DNA of 64,000 nucleotides from Psilocybe cubensis (Eukaryota): NCBI GenBank assembly GCA_017499595.2, contig CM039007.1, positions 62,001 to 126,000 of the forward strand, read 5' to 3'. Shown piece by piece: positions 62,879 to 64,000 of this stretch (position 1 is its first letter; each line of letters starts with the position of its first letter). The notes under the pieces were generated by a model. It saw only the letters and a program-made list of their open reading frames with translations, ran no database searches and was not told where the DNA came from. The position numbers and the translations under genes were made by a program.

Positions 62879-64000
62879 TTAATCTGTAATTATAAATCTC
62901 CACACGGACGGATACTCCGGGTTAATTTGACGGAAGACCTTATCCGCGGCCCGCCCCAGATCATTCCACATGGCAATCTGCTTTTGAGCATTTGCCCTGT
63001 GACCAACTAACCTGTCAGGAACAAAATCATGCCGTGCACGCCATGTCTTTGCCATATACACATAAAATCTGACAGTCCATTCCATTTCCTTTTTTGTCAA
63101 GGCCAGCTCCTCTTGCCATCTATTCCTCTGAGCTCGCGCGCGGAGCCAGTTTAGCCTAAAGACTAAGAAGCCCTTGAGAAAAAAATTAGAAATACAAATA
63201 GCAGTACTCACACTCATTAACGTATAATTGATTATCATTGTCCAGGCCCTGACGGGATCTCCAAATCCAACTTAGACGGTCCGAGCTTCCTCCGCGAATG
63301 TTCGGATCCGACACGGCATTACTATGCTTGCAATCATGGACTTGCAGAATGGGATATTGTTTCCGAATATTATCCTCGTCTCGCACGCCAGCAGATAAAT
63401 AGATCATCTTCTGACGGTTTGTGTTGTAGAGTCGCCGGTGCAATTTCCAGGAAGCATTCAAAAGCTTGACGCCATCCCAAGCACGAGTCCCCATATAGAC
63501 GGAGTCGGCGGTCCGAACCTGATATTTATACTGCCAAGAAAGCTGGATCAAGGCTGACCGGACCGCTTCCAGACAGTCCTCTGCGTGGCCATGTCTTATT
63601 TGAAGTTCAAGTTTGCGAAGCCCTTTTAAAATGAGGTTTGTTCCCGCGTCAAGGCCGTCAAAGAAATCTTGTTTGACGGCGGAGGGAAACGGAAGCGGCT
63701 GTCGTTCCGGATCCGCGCGGGTAATGTTGACATTTCCAAGATCAGGATCGTTGTTGTCACTGACTTCATAGTCAAGTATGGGAGCGATGTCCCCTTGAAT
63801 ATCCTCCAAGACATCTTCGCCCATGAAGGTCATAGCGGATCGACAGAAGGCTTCAACGCGGGTCCGCATGGAGCGACGTTTATTGACCAAGTCAAGTTTC
63901 TGCGCGGTGGAAGGATGCTTTCCGAGCTTTCTGACATGGTCCCTGAGCTCCAATCTAAAAACATGTTAAATTCTGTAGGATGCAATTGAAATAATCGTAC
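62879..64000 (-). CDS. C-terminal region of a KDZ (CxC2-associated type) transposase, 5'-truncated by the window edge
   Basis: ELQIRHGHAEDCLEAVRSAL, SWIW, then after an intron FRLNWLRARAQRNRWQEELALTKKEMEWTVRFY...A..W...A.KQ..MW. This is the helical C-terminal signature of fungal KDZ transposases. The catalytic domain is not visible in the window. Confidence 0.75.

Larger units (their letters stand above)
59258..64000 (-). mobile_element. One end of a KDZ (Kyakuja-Dileera-Zisupton)-type transposon carrying TET/JBP; continues beyond the window
   Basis: Homology with the duplicated gene breaks sharply at ~59257 and new sequence starts CACATAAG. Subterminal acgg(g/a)tcc repeats at 59445-59575. 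TET/JBP and KDZ transposase genes lie inside. Confidence 0.7.

Overview
Eukaryotic DNA with short GT-AG introns and gene families typical of a mushroom-forming basidiomycete (Agaricales-like; the species cannot be fixed from sequence alone). The window is a duplication- and transposon-rich accessory region. (1) Five paralogous two-exon genes encode secreted Cys-rich peptide precursors (C-PEGY-xx-C-xxx-C-x18-C-xxx-C-xx(x)-C) and are interleaved with an expanded, partly pseudogenised family of 7TM receptor-like genes. (2) A 6-kb TIR DNA transposon (9-bp TSD) carries cargo genes but no recognisable transposase. (3) At its right end sits a 1.58-kb LTR mini-element with apparently identical 277-bp LTRs, a 5-bp TSD, a PPT, a Tf1-type self-priming site and one KH-domain ORF but no pol. 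(4) An intronless, bacterial-like AA10 LPMO has Asn in place of the catalytic His1. (5) A 3.3-kb inverted segmental duplication contains a CACTG-type MITE. (6) A microsatellite-inflated YML020W-like hydrolase gene ends in SKL. (7) The last 4.7 kb are one end of a KDZ-type transposon carrying a TET/JBP dioxygenase. A divergent forkhead gene lies at the start. All calls come from reading the sequence by eye; no database searches were run, and some exon boundaries are approximate.
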